Shown here: positions 1-13,200 of the stretch, piece by piece
Layout of the letters: each line of letters starts with the position of its first letter
How positions within the stretch are numbered: the first letter of the stretch is position 1
Origin: Cyanophora paradoxa CCMP329
Lineage: Eukaryota > Plantae > Glaucophyta
Length of the DNA stretch: 64,000 nucleotides
Reading direction: 5' to 3'
Assembly (NCBI GenBank): GCA_004431415.1
Contig: QPMI01000637.1
Location: 124,001 to 188,000 of the forward strand
The notes under the pieces: generated by a model
Told to the model about the DNA's origin: nothing
Database searches by the model: none
The model's input: the letters and a program-made list of their open reading frames with translations, nothing else
Program-made: the position numbers and the translations under genes

Positions 1-29
1 GCCGACCAAATTAAACGAGCACCGCCACG

Positions 30-1260
30 CAGGCCCCGCAATCGGGGGGCTCCGTCGCCCCATCAAGTCGCCAGCGCGGGCCCCGCCGACGCGTCCGCCC
101 CGGCCCGCCTCGCTATGCCTCGAGCGTGGCCCGGCCGGCCCTACTAACGCGCCCCGCCTCGCAGGCGGGCCGCGAGCTCTCCGTCGAACGATTCAGGCGC
201 CGCTGCGGGGAGCGGGGAGGAGGCGGCGGGCAACGCGAACAATGCGACATGGAAGTTCGGGTTCATGTCGAAGGAGATTAGGATTGCAGAGCTGATGAAG
301 GGGCGGGCGGAGCGGGCGGCGCGGCGGAGCGCGGGGGCGGGCGGCAGCGCCGTCGGAACGAGCTCGGACGACGAGGCGGGCGGCGGAGGGGGCGGCGGCG
401 GCGGCCAGGCGGAGCCCGAGGGGCCTCCTGGGGAGGAGACCCTCCTCCTCCGGCGGCGCCTCCTCGAGGCAGAGCGCGCCGCGGGGGCCGCCCGGGAGGA
501 GGCCGCCCGGCGCGCGGGGAGGCCGCCGAGGCGGCAGCCGCCCGCGCGAGCCACGCGCGGGAGGCCGAGTGGCTCCGGCGGCAGCTCGCACAGGCGGAGG
601 GCGCGGCGGAGGCGGCGCGGGCGGAGGCGCGGGCGGCGCGGGGCGGCTGGCGGCGGCCGAGGTCGAGGCGGGGCGCGCCTCGAGGCAGAGCGCTCGAAGG
701 TGAGGCGGCCCTTTGGAATCCGCTTTGCCTCCCTCGTCGGTGCGGGCGGCAGGCCTCTGACGGCGTCGCAGACGGCGGCGCTGGCGGGGCGGGTGGCGGA
801 GCTGGAGGGGCGCCTGGCGGGGAGCGTGCCCGTCACCCCCGCCGGCCTCGCGATCGCCTCGGCGGCGGATCGGAGCTCGAGGCGGCGGCGGAGCTCGAGG
901 CGGCGCAGGGGCGCCTCGCGGAGGGGCTGGGCGCCCTCGCGGCGGCCCTCGTCGCGGCCCGCGTGGCGGAGGCGACGGCAGCCCTGCAGCGGCAGGCGGA
1001 CGACGCGCGCGCCGCGCCGCCCGCGAGCGTGCAGAGCAGCAGCAGTCGCTCTAGATCTGCGTCGCCTGCCTGGAGCGCCCGCCTTCCGTCCTGCTGCTGC
1101 CCTGCCGCCACATGACCGTCTGCGACGCATGCTACGATAGGCACCTCGCCGCCAGCGGCTGGCGGCCGGCGGCGGCCCGGGGGCCCCCCCGCTGCCCCTC
1201 CTGCCGCGCCCCCATCGACCGGAGGCGCTCTGTCCGCGGCGCCTTCCTTCCATGTTTTAA
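30..1260 (+). pseudogene. Degenerate coiled-coil + C3HC4 RING finger gene (paralogue of 14570-16127); 5' part may lie outside the window
   Basis: 1058-1250 reads CVACLERPPSVLLLPCRHMTVCDACYDRHLAASG...CPSCRAPIDRRRSVRGAFL. High nucleotide similarity to 14570-14715 and 15200-16125. Several frameshifts in the Ala/Arg/Glu-rich part. Confidence 0.75.
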
Positions 1261-2825
1261 ACATCCGATCGAGCAGCTCAGAATTGCCTAGGGTGTCCGA
1301 ATATTGCCTTCAGTGGTATATAACGTTTGACCTTGATCAGTGCTTAAGCTTCAATTGCAAGTGCATGTATGATCACTAGTACTAGAACTTAGTCAGTCTT
1401 AAAGATAATTATAACCGCGCGGCCGTCAGAATATTAACATCAAAGCATTCTAAAATCGACGTTGAAAAACCGGATCCCGGAGTCGACGTCGAGCTTCGTA
1501 CGCGTGCATCACCCGTAACATTAATATTCTGTACAAATCACGTTCTAGCTATATATGCTGCCCGGCCCGATATACATATATATACAGCACGTACACTGCA
1601 CATGTACGTATATATACATGCACACTGTACGCGCGGCACGCCGGCGCCCGTTCGGTTCGATGCATATGTATGCATGCGCACTTCAGCTGCCTCAGCCTGG
1701 CAGGGCCTGGGGCCTGATCATGATCAAACGCAACTTGTAAGAAAGCAACGATGGGCGATCATAGTGCGCGTGTGGCTCACCTCTAAGACGCCGTGAAGTT
1801 ACGGGTGATGAAGCCCTCATGGGTTTAGCTCCTCCTGGAACGGCGCTTTGGAGAAATTCGCGCGTTAGACTTCGAAACGCTCGACTTCGAAACGCTCGCA
1901 AAGAGCGAGTTGCTTACCGCAGAGATTGCGCTGCGGAACGGGTTGGGCGACCTCATGGACTTGGATTGGTCGTAGTACGTCCTGAGCTCCTGCTCGGTGA
2001 AGTCGCAATCGTTGAATACAGCCATGATATCGGGAGCGTTCAACTCCACGGATAAAGCCTTGATCTCGTTGTAAAGATCAACGCTGCAGTGAGCGGGCGG
2101 CATTGTCGAAAAGTAGACCGACTGCACGCATGTGCAGAGCACGTTGTCAGAACAGTTTTAACGAATTCGAAGGAGCGGAAGGGGAGGATCGGCAGCACTT
2201 CTAAAGTTAGATTAGCCACGGAGCTGCATGCGCAGCTGCGCATGCGCAGACCTAGATCCGACGGAGAGGAGGCTCAGGGCTGACCTTAGGTTGACGAAGG
2301 ATGAAATGCAGTAATGAGGACGATGAGTCGATGACTCGTCGCCGAGATGTGGATCTGATGAGCCTGCAACTGCAGCTGTGAGTCTGTGTCACTCTGTGAC
2401 TCTTAGGCTAGAACTCCTAGGAGTCTGAGCCTGTGAGATCCAAGATCATCCACTTCTGATCAGGCTGCACTGCCGGCGCCGCTGCAGCCTGAGCTTAGCT
2501 TCGACTTGCAAATTGCAATTGGAATTTATTGGCATTTAATTTTGTAAACACGGCTGGTTTCCGTTGAGTCGGCGTTGACTTGGCTTCAATTTATTATATA
2601 ATTACGTTCCATCATAAAATTATAATCTATATTAGGAATTTGATAGGCAGGAAAATAAAGTTGGCAAATTTCAGTGCGAAAATATCGAACCGCGCTCATT
2701 GATAATGTTTTTATAAGAACCTCGAGCTCGTAAATACCGAACCACCGTCTGAGCTATGACGGCGACGGAGTGACGCCGTGACGGTGACGGGTGCAGCTGC
2801 GTAAGCCTGTAAGTTGCTGTAACTA

Positions 2826-3040
2826 CTGTAGGACGGCTTAAATTGCCGTGGTGAAAAATTGCCGAATTCGCCCAAACCGGAATTGCCGTGGTGATAAATT
2901 GCCGAATCCGGACATTCGCTCTATGGGGGCCTTAGAAACTCTCTACCCCCAGCAACATTGCCGTCCCTTAAAATTGCCGAATTCGGCCTCTCGGCAATTT
3001 ACGGCAAAATAAAACGACGGCTAAAAAAGCCGTCCTACAG
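2826..3040. mobile_element. MITE family A copy 1 (TA-flanked, Tc1/mariner-like)
   Basis: TIR ctgtaggacggct...agccgtcctacag, TA on both sides, internal aattgccg repeats. Confidence 0.8.
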
Positions 3041-3196
3041 TAGTAAGCCTGTAACCGTTGAACGGCCGCAACTTGGCCCGCAAGTTCAACGGTTAAGGCC
3101 CGCAATTGCAAGGGCCGCAAGTGGCCCGCAACCCGCGGACCAACGCGTATACGTACTCAGCTGCAGTGACTACCAGTAATATCATACCCGGTAGTA

Positions 3197-3418
3197 CTGT
3201 AGGACGGCTTTTTTAGCCGTCGCTTTATTTTGCCGTAAATTGCCGAGAGGCCGAATTCGGCAATTTTAAGCATCGGCAATGCTGCTGGGGGTAGGGATTT
3301 TCGATTCTTAGGCCGCCATAGAACGAACGTTAACGTCTGAATTCGGCAATTTATCGCCACGGCAATTCCGGAGCGAATTCGGCAATTTAAGTCCTCGGCA
3401 ATTTAAACCGTCCTACAG
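3197..3418. mobile_element. MITE family A copy 2 (inverted relative to copy 1)
   Basis: TIR ctgtaggacgg...ccgtcctacag, TA flanks, reverse-complement similarity to 2826-3040. Confidence 0.8.
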
Positions 3419-3428
3419 TATACGACTA

Positions 3429-3627
3429 CTGTAGAACTAGTTAATTTAGTACAGGAAAATAATTAGTACTTCGCCAAAACTGCCACTTTAGCAGCTGGTA
3501 TACGTAAATTTTTAGTAGGTTGGCCATGGTCTTTGCAATTGCAGGGATTTTGTATGGCGGGGACGGGACTACCCCTACAATTTGCGAATTCTCGGCTTTA
3601 GCAGGCGGCAAATATTTAGTTCTACAG
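3429..3627. mobile_element. MITE family B (TA-flanked)
   Basis: TIR ctgtagaacta...tagttctacag with TA on both sides. Confidence 0.65.
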
Positions 3628-4014
3628 TACTATACTTACTAGTAGTATACTACTAGTAGTACTAGTAAACGTCGGCAACTGCAGCTGACTCAGTGATTAT
3701 GATCATGAATTCGAAAGAGTCTGAGCTCAGGCTCAGGCTCTGACAGCCTCTGAGCCTCTAGATCTGAGGCTCTGCGCCCGGTGAAAAAACTCGAAAAAGC
3801 TGAAATGTGTTCGGATCGGAGTGTGATGAATCGAAAACTCTGATATCGAATCTTTAATATTCTTTATTAACGATTAAGAAACTTGAGCTTTGTTCGAAAA
3901 TTAATCGAAATGATTCCTGAATTAATAGTACTTACACTGAATTCGAAGTACTATTATGCAGTTACTACAGTAGTACCGTAGTACAGTACTACTGTCATCA
4001 TAGTGTCATGTCAT

Positions 4015-4270
4015 GAAGTTAGACGTCGACGTCGCTTTTGTTAGACGTTCAACGGTTTGCCCACCCGCCGTGATAGACGGTCACAAAAATAGACGAATGA
4101 CGAGAATTAGCTTGATGTTACCTAAGGAATTACGTATACGCAAAAAGGACATATAGACGAGGTTTTAGTTAGACGACTAGTTCGTCGAGTCGACGTCGAC
4201 TACCCTCCCTCGTCTATCCGCGGCAATTCCGCGCCTATCTTTGTGGGCGGCTTACTTTGTGGATTGACAC
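4015..4270. mobile_element. Degenerate MITE family C copy (inverted relative to 5734-5950)
   Basis: Reverse-complement similarity to 5734-5950 (gtttgcccacccg.cgtgatagacg.tcacaaa.atagacga; actttgtggat). Confidence 0.6.
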
Positions 4271-5127
4271 TACTTATATAATTAGTAGTAGTACTGTAAA
4301 ATTTGTGTAAATGTTGACAGCAAGTCGAGTCTTAGTCGACTTGCCTTATTGTTGACACATTCATTCAGTACGTATACCATAAAATACATAAATACCGCGC
4401 CCACTTAATTACCGCGGTACCAAATTACCGCGCCGAAATCTTGACGTATCGCGGTAGTTCGGTACCGCGGTAATTCTATCCTGCAAAGTCGCCCCATACA
4501 GTACGTATACCCCCTATCGACCCATCATGGCATAGAAATATAATTCGGGCCTATATATACTTGCTTAATATAGTAATTCGGCTACCACGCGGCCCACGCC
4601 ACTTGCCAAAAAATCCGCTTTCCGAAAATATCGAACCGCGCTCATTAATTATAATATATAAGAACTCCTTCAATACCGAACCATGATATCGATTCAACCA
4701 TCGGTCTCTGTCGGCGTCTGAGCTATGACGTTTTTAACGGCTGTGACGGACCCAGTGCCGGAGTCTGAGGCTCTGAGCCCACGCCCTGTGATCATGAAAA
4801 AATCAAAAAAGGTGAAGTGTGTTCGAATTCGGGGTGCACCGTGCTGCCACGGTGCTGGTCCGTGCACCGCCGCCGCCGTACGCGTGCACGGTGATCTGAC
4901 CGTGATCATGCACGGTGCACCGTGCATCACGGTGCATGCACGTGTGATGGAAACCCGGCCGGTTACCCGGGCCCTGACATGATCATGATGAGGCCGCGCC
5001 AGAGTCCGACGGTCCCCCGGCCCCCGGGCCCCGGGCCCCGGGCCCCGGCCCCCGGCCCCCGGGCCCCGATCGAGCGGGCTCGGAGCGGCTCGAGCCCCCG
5101 CCACTGGGCCGCCAGTGGCCGCCACTA

Positions 5128-5355
5128 CCGTGTAATACTTAATTACCGCGCTGACATAACTACTGCGCTACCATATTACTGCGCTCAAAAGTTTTAGAAC
5201 GCAGTAATTTGGTAGCGCAATAAATGTCTTTTGTTAACACTTTTCTATGGGCAGATTGATAAGAACGCAGTAATTCGGTACCGCGCTAAAGCGCCTGCCG
5301 GCGCAGAAATTCTAGAACGCAGTAATTTGTGGCGCGGTAATTAAGTATTACACGG
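5128..5355. mobile_element. MITE family D (TA-flanked)
   Basis: Perfect 24-bp TIR ccgtgtaatacttaattaccgcgc / gcgcggtaattaagtattacacgg, TA flanks, internal agaacgcagtaatt repeats. Confidence 0.8.
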
Positions 5356-5469
5356 TATACTGCGGCCCACTGGCCGCCAGACCGTCGGACCGTCGGACTC
5401 CCGGGTCCGCCCGGCTCCGCCGCCACTACCAGATGGCACATCATGGCAGCCTGGCACATGTGTAGGGAT

Positions 5470-5731
5470 GAGAAAATTTCGGCAATTGCACTTTATCGCC
5501 ACGGCAAACGGCAATTCCACCGGAATTGCCGTGGCGAATCACTGGCGATAAATTGCCGAAAGTCTAGATCTGGTTTTCTTCTATCATCATAGTATGGCGC
5601 CAATGCCGCGCCATACAAAAGCGGCGGTTGAGCCCTACCCCCTGAGAATTGCCGTGTCCTAAAATTGCCGAATTCGGCCTCGCGGCAATTTACGGCAATT
5701 TGAAACTACGGCTAAAAAAGCCGTCCTACAG
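5470..5731. mobile_element. MITE family A copy 3 (left end degenerate)
   Basis: Right end aaaattgccgaattcggcctc...acggctaaaaaagccgtcctacag|ta matches copy 1. Confidence 0.7.
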
Positions 5732-5733
5732 TA

Positions 5734-5950
5734 CTGTGAATCCACAAAGTTAGGCGCCGACAAAGTTAGGCGCGGATAGACGAGTTAACCCATTCGTCTA
5801 ACTAAATCCCCGTCTAACTGTCCCTGAAGTGGGTACGCCATAGTACCGCTTGTATGGAGCGACCCGGAGCTCGTCTATCTTTGTGAACGTCTATCACGAC
5901 GGGTGGGCAAACGTCTATGAAAAGCGACGCCTAACTTTGTGGATCTACAG
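5734..5950. mobile_element. MITE family C (TA-flanked), directly abutting family A copy 3
   Basis: TIR ctgtgaatccacaaagttaggcg / cgcctaactttgtggatctacag; TA at 5732-33 and 5951-52. Confidence 0.75.
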
Positions 5951-7247
5951 TAGTGCTGGGCACTGCTGGGCCGTGCTGGCCCTAGGCCTGCTGGGCTCAG
6001 TCAGGGATCCGGGACTCACAGGGTCCACTCATGGGACTCATGGGACGCTCGGACACGCTAGCGCTCCCTCATGATCAGTCGGGTCAGTCAGACCCTCTAG
6101 ATCTGACTTGACTGTCCGATGTCGACGGTCACTGAGTCAGTGACTAGCATAAATTCTATACCCGGTAATGCCGCAGTGCGCAGCTGCCACTGCCTGGCAG
6201 TGCCTGCCAGTGACTCAGTGATCGACCGGACCCGGGACTCCGGCCGGGAGGGCCGCGGGAATTACCCGTTCTACAGTAAGTTCCGGAACTTCGGAACTCG
6301 GAAGTTCGGCGGTTCAACTTGCAATTGGCAACTTCGGCCACCGGGCCGGCGCCGGCGCCAGGCTCGCCAGCCCGCCGACTCGGCGGCGAGTCGGCGACTC
6401 GGCGACTCGGCGCCGAGCCCGGCCCTGCGCATGCGCATGCGGCCAGATCGTACTCAGTGATCGATATCGGATCGATGATCGATCCCAAGATTCCCAACGT
6501 TAACACTAGTACTGCTGCAGTGATTGGTGATTCCCAATATTCAATGATTGGTGAACAGCTGCAGTGAGCACCGTGAGTCCGTGACTGGCCAGCTGCAGTG
6601 GCCAGTCTACGCATATACGGGCCTAATAATACGGCACCGTGGCAACGTGGCACCCAGTGCCACCCACGTGCACGTAACACCGTCCACCGTATACTACTGT
6701 AGTACTGTAGGATGGCCGGGCGATCGTACTGTAGCTACGTATATCACGGTATATGGCATAGCCTCGCGATCGAATCCCTCAAATCCTCATGATCAAAGCA
6801 TGCGCACGCATAGGTCGTCGCATCTTTGATTCCGCTGTCGCGATCAAGTCATCAACTTAGAGTCAAGACTCTCATTTATATAGCAGCGCTACCGCTACAT
6901 ATAGCTATAGCTGCAGCTGCAGCCTGCGCATGCATATGGGCTGCTGCAGTGCGAAAACGGCAGCTGGCCCGCGGCCGCCTTTCGCCAGCACGGTTCGGGG
7001 TAGCTCCGATCTTGTCGTCCAAGAGTATACTTATGATTATACATACTCGCACGGAGTACAGATTCGCACAGCTGCAGCTGCAGTCGACGTCACAGCACCA
7101 GGACACAGAGTAGACGTTCACATCGAAGCCGATCGCGGGTTTCAGAAAACTGAGCAGCCTGCAGCTGCGCTAGCGCTAGCTGTTGCTAGTTTCGATCCTA
7201 GAAGCGAGCCTGATCGTCATAACAGGCAGATATCGATATCGCCGGTA

Positions 7248-10200
7248 ATGGCAGCTCCGTACTTGAGGAACCTCGACGAACACCTGTCTCAGAGACGCAA
7301 GACCCGCGTCTGCAAGATCTTCCTCAGTAGCACGTTTAGAGGTGACTCCGGTTGCGCTGTTGCAATTGATTACCATGCATCTTTAATGATCAGCAGATAT
7401 GGGCCCCGAACGCACTACCCTGCATCGGCACGCCACGGGGAATATTAATTATATAATGCTTGCGTGCTTTACTCGCGTTGCTCAACTACAGAGCAGGGAT
7501 GTCTTTCCACGACTTCGCCAGAAATGCGAGAGGCAGGGTGTCTTCCTGGTTCCAGTGGACCTGAGGTGCACTCATGATCAGTGACTGGTACTGCGCCAGA
7601 AATTAGATCGACCCGCATTTAAAATCGTCTACAGATGGGGAGTCACAGAAGAGGAAGTTGCTGGCGGAGAGGTGCGCATGCGCCGTGGGCCCATGGGTTG
7701 CCTATTTATAAATGTTAAGCTTTCGAATTCGAAGGTCATTCGCGTGTGTCTTCGCCAAGTGGACGAGTCTCGTCCTTATTTCTTTTGCTTTCTGTAAGTG
7801 CCAACTTATTCTCACACCTTCAATTAATTTTATTTATAAACATCGACGAGCAATTGCAAATTCAGAGGAGAGCGGTACGGGTACGTGTGATTGCACTGAA
7901 CCTTTCTGATTAAGAAATCCGTTTTATTAAAGAAAGTTCAATTTGGTGTAGATGGCACCGGAGCGCTGATCCCTCTGCGAAAGCCGACCAGCTACTGGAG
8001 GAAACGATCTCAAAAGGAATACAGTCGTATCCTTTCATCGCCCAATACACGGACCGATCTGTAACGGAGCTCGAGGTAGCGCGAAATGTTTTTGTATTGC
8101 GCATATCTACCGCAAATATTGTGTCTGCAGATCATATACGGAGCGCTGCTGCCCGACGAGGGTCCGGCGAGTTGCCGATCTCGTTGCTTCTTTTACCTTC
8201 GAGATCCGGCATATATGGAGAGACTTTCCACGGCCGAAATTTCAGATTATATGGAGGCGACTGAGCACGCAAAGCACCGTGTTGCGCTGTTGAAGCAGAC
8301 TATTCGCTCAACACCAGGCATCATCGTAAGGGAAAATTATTCAGGGCCCGATCAGCTGGGAGAGTGGATGATGCAGGTAGCTTCTCAGCATTTCTTTTAG
8401 GATAAAAGCGGATGATGCAAGTTGATGCAACAATTGCTTGCTTTGTTTTTCGAAATCGTAGGATTTGATGCGGGTCGTGGACGAAGATTTTCCGTGGACA
8501 GCGGAACTATCGGGACTATCAAGCTCGCGAGCGTCTTTCATAGAAGAGACTGTCGCGCAGGCATCCTTTGTGCAACTACTAGCTAGTGAGGAGATCATGG
8601 TCTCCCGGCTTTCCGCAAGAAGCGCACTCGACGATTTAGTGGAGCATTCAGGAGGAAAGATAATATTTGTGGTCGGAGAGCCTGGTCTCGGCAAAACTGG
8701 GTTCTTGGCCGACTGGTACGGTTTATGGGTTTTCGCTAGCTGTTCTCGCTCGGCAGACTGGCACTTATCAATGTGCAGGATTCTCGCTCGCGATCGGCAG
8801 ACTGGCACTGCTGGCCATGGCTCCACAGATGACATCAGTATTCACAACCGTCACGGTCACATAGTTACCTCGCATTTCGTCGGAGTTACTGCTGCAAGTG
8901 GCGATCCGCACATTGCTCTGAGTAGAATTCTTCACGACGTGTGGCGTAAAGGCGGTTTCCAGCACGAGCTATTGATTCCGGATTCTTTCGACGCCTTGCG
9001 CGAGCTTGCGACCGATGTGCTTTCCCAGTTGGCAAAGGCGCGCACTATCCGCAATCGCAAATTCGCCAGCTCGAATGATAAATACTGATTGTCCATGATC
9101 GAAATCGATTTAGGAGACGAAGAAAAGGCTCATTGTCGTCATCGATGGAGTCGATCACATGGACAACTCTGCTTCTGAACTAGCTTGGCTACCTCAGCCT
9201 CTTCCGAACATGACCGTTGTTGTTTCTACATCTGCAACAAGATTCAAGACCGACACCAAGATGAACGGTTTGTCTCAGTGTATTTTGTGTTTCAGTGCTA
9301 GACTCTGACGGAACAACGTCAACATGTGCAGGAGAGCTCAATCTTCCTGAAGGATTGCTTGTGGCGCACAGGAGACTGAAAGTTGCGGAAAAGTTGGAGG
9401 TGTTCGACTTGCCGGGACTGGACACAAACGAAAGATCGCTACTGGTGTCTAAGCAACTCTCAGTAATGGGCAAGAAGATGAAGGCCGATCTTCTTCAATC
9501 ACTAATCCAGACGGACGCGTCTGCAAATTGTCTGTATTTGCTCTCAGTGTTGGAAGAGATTGCCATCATCGGTGATTACCAAAAGATTGCCCAGGAGCTC
9601 GATGGCCTTCTTAGACTTGATCGAAGGCTTCTGCTTGAAAAAATCCTTTGTCGGATAGAACGGGACTATCCTCTCGCACATCCAAGAGCGGCTCTGTCAT
9701 TCATATTGTTATCCATGCCTTACGGCATCTCAAGCACGGTTCGTAATCACAAATAAAGTCCTATTATTTATAAATCGCTTCTACTCGGGTTCGCCGATCG
9801 CCAGCTGATTAATATATTGCAATCACCAGGATCTGGTGCAGCTGACAACGGCTGGACCTGTCGCGCTGCAGGCGCTTTTCTTCGCATTGCGACGGTTTGT
9901 GTCAGAACGGGGAGGAGTCCTGACTTTCAGCGACCGCTCCATGGAGAACGTAAGCAGAGATCGTTCTACAATGTGTACGTATGCGCAGAGTTGAGCCGAT
10001 ACGCATCTCTTGCAGACGGTTTCCAAAGTTTTCGACTGCTTGCCTGGATCTGTAAGGGCCGTTGATTTGGGAAAGACTCTGGCAACCAAGCTTCTTCAAG
10101 AAATTCAGGGGGTGGATTCCGAAACCTGTATCCTCACCGAAGGAGAGATTGAAAAGAAAGTATGTTGGTTCCCTCTGCTACTCTGCTTCTCTGCTTCTTC

Positions 10201-13200
10201 TCTAAACATAAAACTGCAGGCGATGATGACAATGAGTTTGACAAGCGACGCGAAAATGTATGACGACCTTCGCAAGTTGTTGCTCACGCCGAAAATTTTC
10301 CACATCGCTTTCAAAGGGTCCCGTGGCGCTAACAGGCCACTGCTCATGCGTCTGTGGCTCCAGTTGGAAAGGTCAGTAGGCGAGTCTAGGGGAGAGGCCT
10401 ACCTGGCTGTTTCTAGAAGATTGCTTGGCGATCTAGCAGCGGCTGGTATCGATGAAGCAAAGAATTTGAACATCCACAACGGGGATTACCTCAAAAGCTT
10501 CGCTGAGTTCCTGCGGGAATGTGAAGTCTGGGGATCTTCTCGGGCCATCTATGAAGAGTTGTTGCAGTTTCAAAGGACTGCGTTCGGCGGATACCATTCC
10601 GAAACAATGCACACCATGTACTCTCTTGCTCGGGTCATTTACGAGGATGATCCTCAAATCGCACTACCTATTTTCAAAGAAGTGCGGTTCTGCACCTGCG
10701 CCTTTCGAGCTCGAGTAATTTTGTTTTAAACTCAAACACAGATCTATGAGCACCATGTTACTTCGTCGACTGCAAACACTCCGGCTGCAGTGGACGCTTT
10801 GCTATTCTACGGCAGATCGCGGTTTATGGTCGACTTGGACTTGACCGAAAGCAAAATGATTTTTTCAAAAGTACGTATACGTATTTCTAATCGCGATTTT
10901 CTGTTACTGACAAAAACAATGCCAAAAATAATCTCCGAAGGTCTTATTATTGCGAAGTCGATTATACGGCGAGAATAGCTGCGAAGCTGCAGAAGTGATG
11001 TTGCAGCTTGCAAAATGTCACAGGTACGAGACTGGATACCAGTACATGTATTTAAAAAGACAAGGCTCGCGGAGCAGATATGAAGGTGACTTCAAGACTG
11101 CAATGCGGCTTATTGAACGCGCATACGAAATCCAAAGCTCGCGCTTCGGCCTGAAGGTGGGCGCGCATCGGTATATGTGCGATCAGCTGAAATCAATGGC
11201 GACATTAATTCGAAAACAATTCGTGCAGAGTCCCACGGCATCCGACACGCGGCTTTATCACGCCAAATGTCTGAGAGAAGGGTTTGGAGACACTGAAGGA
11301 GCCATTAAAATGCTGCAAGACGTCGTCCGCGTTCGTGAAGACTGGTATGGAAGAGTTCATTCTCGCGTGGCCAGCGCATTGCTTGACTTGGGATCAATCT
11401 ACATGAAACAAGAGCGTATGCTGCGATCGATGAGCGCACGCATATATGCATATATACACAATGACACGTTGATCATTTATATCAGGATATCTGGAAGCAG
11501 CTAAATTAACAACAAAGCGAGCTGTCGACATTTACAAGGCTGGTGTGCAAGTGTGCGAGAAGCGTTTATATGTATATAATTGTAATTCGAACTCGCAGTG
11601 TACGGTGAAAGTCACATCAAGACAGTAGGAGCTGTGCTAAAGCTTGCGGATCTTGCGAAGTTCGAGTACCGTTGTTCCGAAGCGATTCCTCTTTACGAGC
11701 AAGTGCGTGTCGAAAAGCGAGATATCGTTGCACAGTCGACGTCTAATTATAATCACACGCACGTGCACGGTAGTGCCTCCCGGCTTACGTCAGGCACTAC
11801 GGCTCTGAGAGCTCTGAGGTCGCTTCTATATACGGTGGATTGGCAGATTGCTATCGGGATTCTAAGGAATGCCCAAACTTCCCCAAGGCGCTTGAGCTCT
11901 ACCATGCATCACTGCAAATTGAAGTGCGATTGGCGAAAACAGAGGTGCCATTCGGCTTTATCGATCCTGCATCTGCGCCTATCCAAGCTCCTGAAATCGG
12001 CCAACAGACGCACCGTCGACCTTTAGAGCTCTTTCGCTGCATTGCCAGGACGCACGCATTGATGGGCAACCTGGAGAAGAATCTCGAAATGCGCAAAAAG
12101 GTACGCGAGCTCGAGAAGACTCTGAAATAAATGTTCTCGGACGATGTATATTAATGACTTCCGACAGATTGCCGAACTAACAGCTCAGCTTCTGGGCCAG
12201 TCCCATCCAGACGTTGCGCGAAGTATGTGGGAAGTTGCGAAAGCGATGCTTCGCATGGAAAACTACAAAGGCGCGATCGAGCATCTCGAAAAAGCTCGGG
12301 ATGCGCAAGCTCTCTGTCAAAAACAGAAAGAAATGATGGGCGCGTATCTGGGCCTGCTCGCGTACTGCTATGTAAAAGCAGGTGGACTTAGGCATGCGTG
12401 CTTTTACGCCACTCAACAAGCTCGGATCAATGTCAAGGTCGGTCTTGCAAATTGATTCTAGATCTGCATACGTATACGCGGCTCTGTGAGTTCGACTCTG
12501 TTTGACTCCGAGCCCAAGGAACTCGGATCCAAATCTTTTACCGTATTTGTATCTGTGATGAACGCGATGACCTTGTCTGCTGAAGCTTTTGGAGAGTACG
12601 GAACGATGTACAAAGAATTTATGCCGAGGTGGGCATATCTACTTCAGGAAGCAGGTTTGAAAAATAATGATTGCTGTTTGGTTGATGGTGCAGTTTGGAC
12701 GACCGCTGATCATGATTGCTGACACAGATCCACGGAGACAGCGGATCACTCTCCAGGCACGCCTGGAAGCCCGGCTGCTCGCAGCTCGCGCCAAACTTGA
12801 AGCATGCAACCTCTTTGATGATTCCTTAGTTGATTTTGAGACGGTCATATCAGACTGCACAAAGGTCGGATATTTACTGAGTCACGTGATCATGATCATG
12901 ATTTATCTTTTGCAATCTCCTTATCAAAGACGGTTGCAATTGTTGCATGCGCAGATGCTAAAGCTCGGCGCTGCTGTACATGTACCTGCAGCACTAGCTA
13001 TAGCCGCAGCTGATGGCACGAAATTTGCGCTCCAGCAGACGCGAGCAATGGTGGGAAAGGGCGACTGCCTGCGTGCAAAGGCCGATGCACGCCGCTTCAA
13101 CAGCTCTGGAATGTTCGACTCACAAGCGCTCGAGGAGTTCTCTGCGGCATGTGGAATGTACCATAGGGCGCTTCTCCAAATCGAGCCTCAGTTACAGCGC

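Noticed and set aside
1825-2142. 105-aa ORF with protein-like composition
   Set aside because: No recognisable motif or supporting exon structure; cannot be supported.
2853-3410. Spaced aattgccg repeats resembling a CRISPR or iteron array
   Set aside because: Too short and irregular, lying inside TIR-bounded MITEs; no cas genes and a eukaryotic context.
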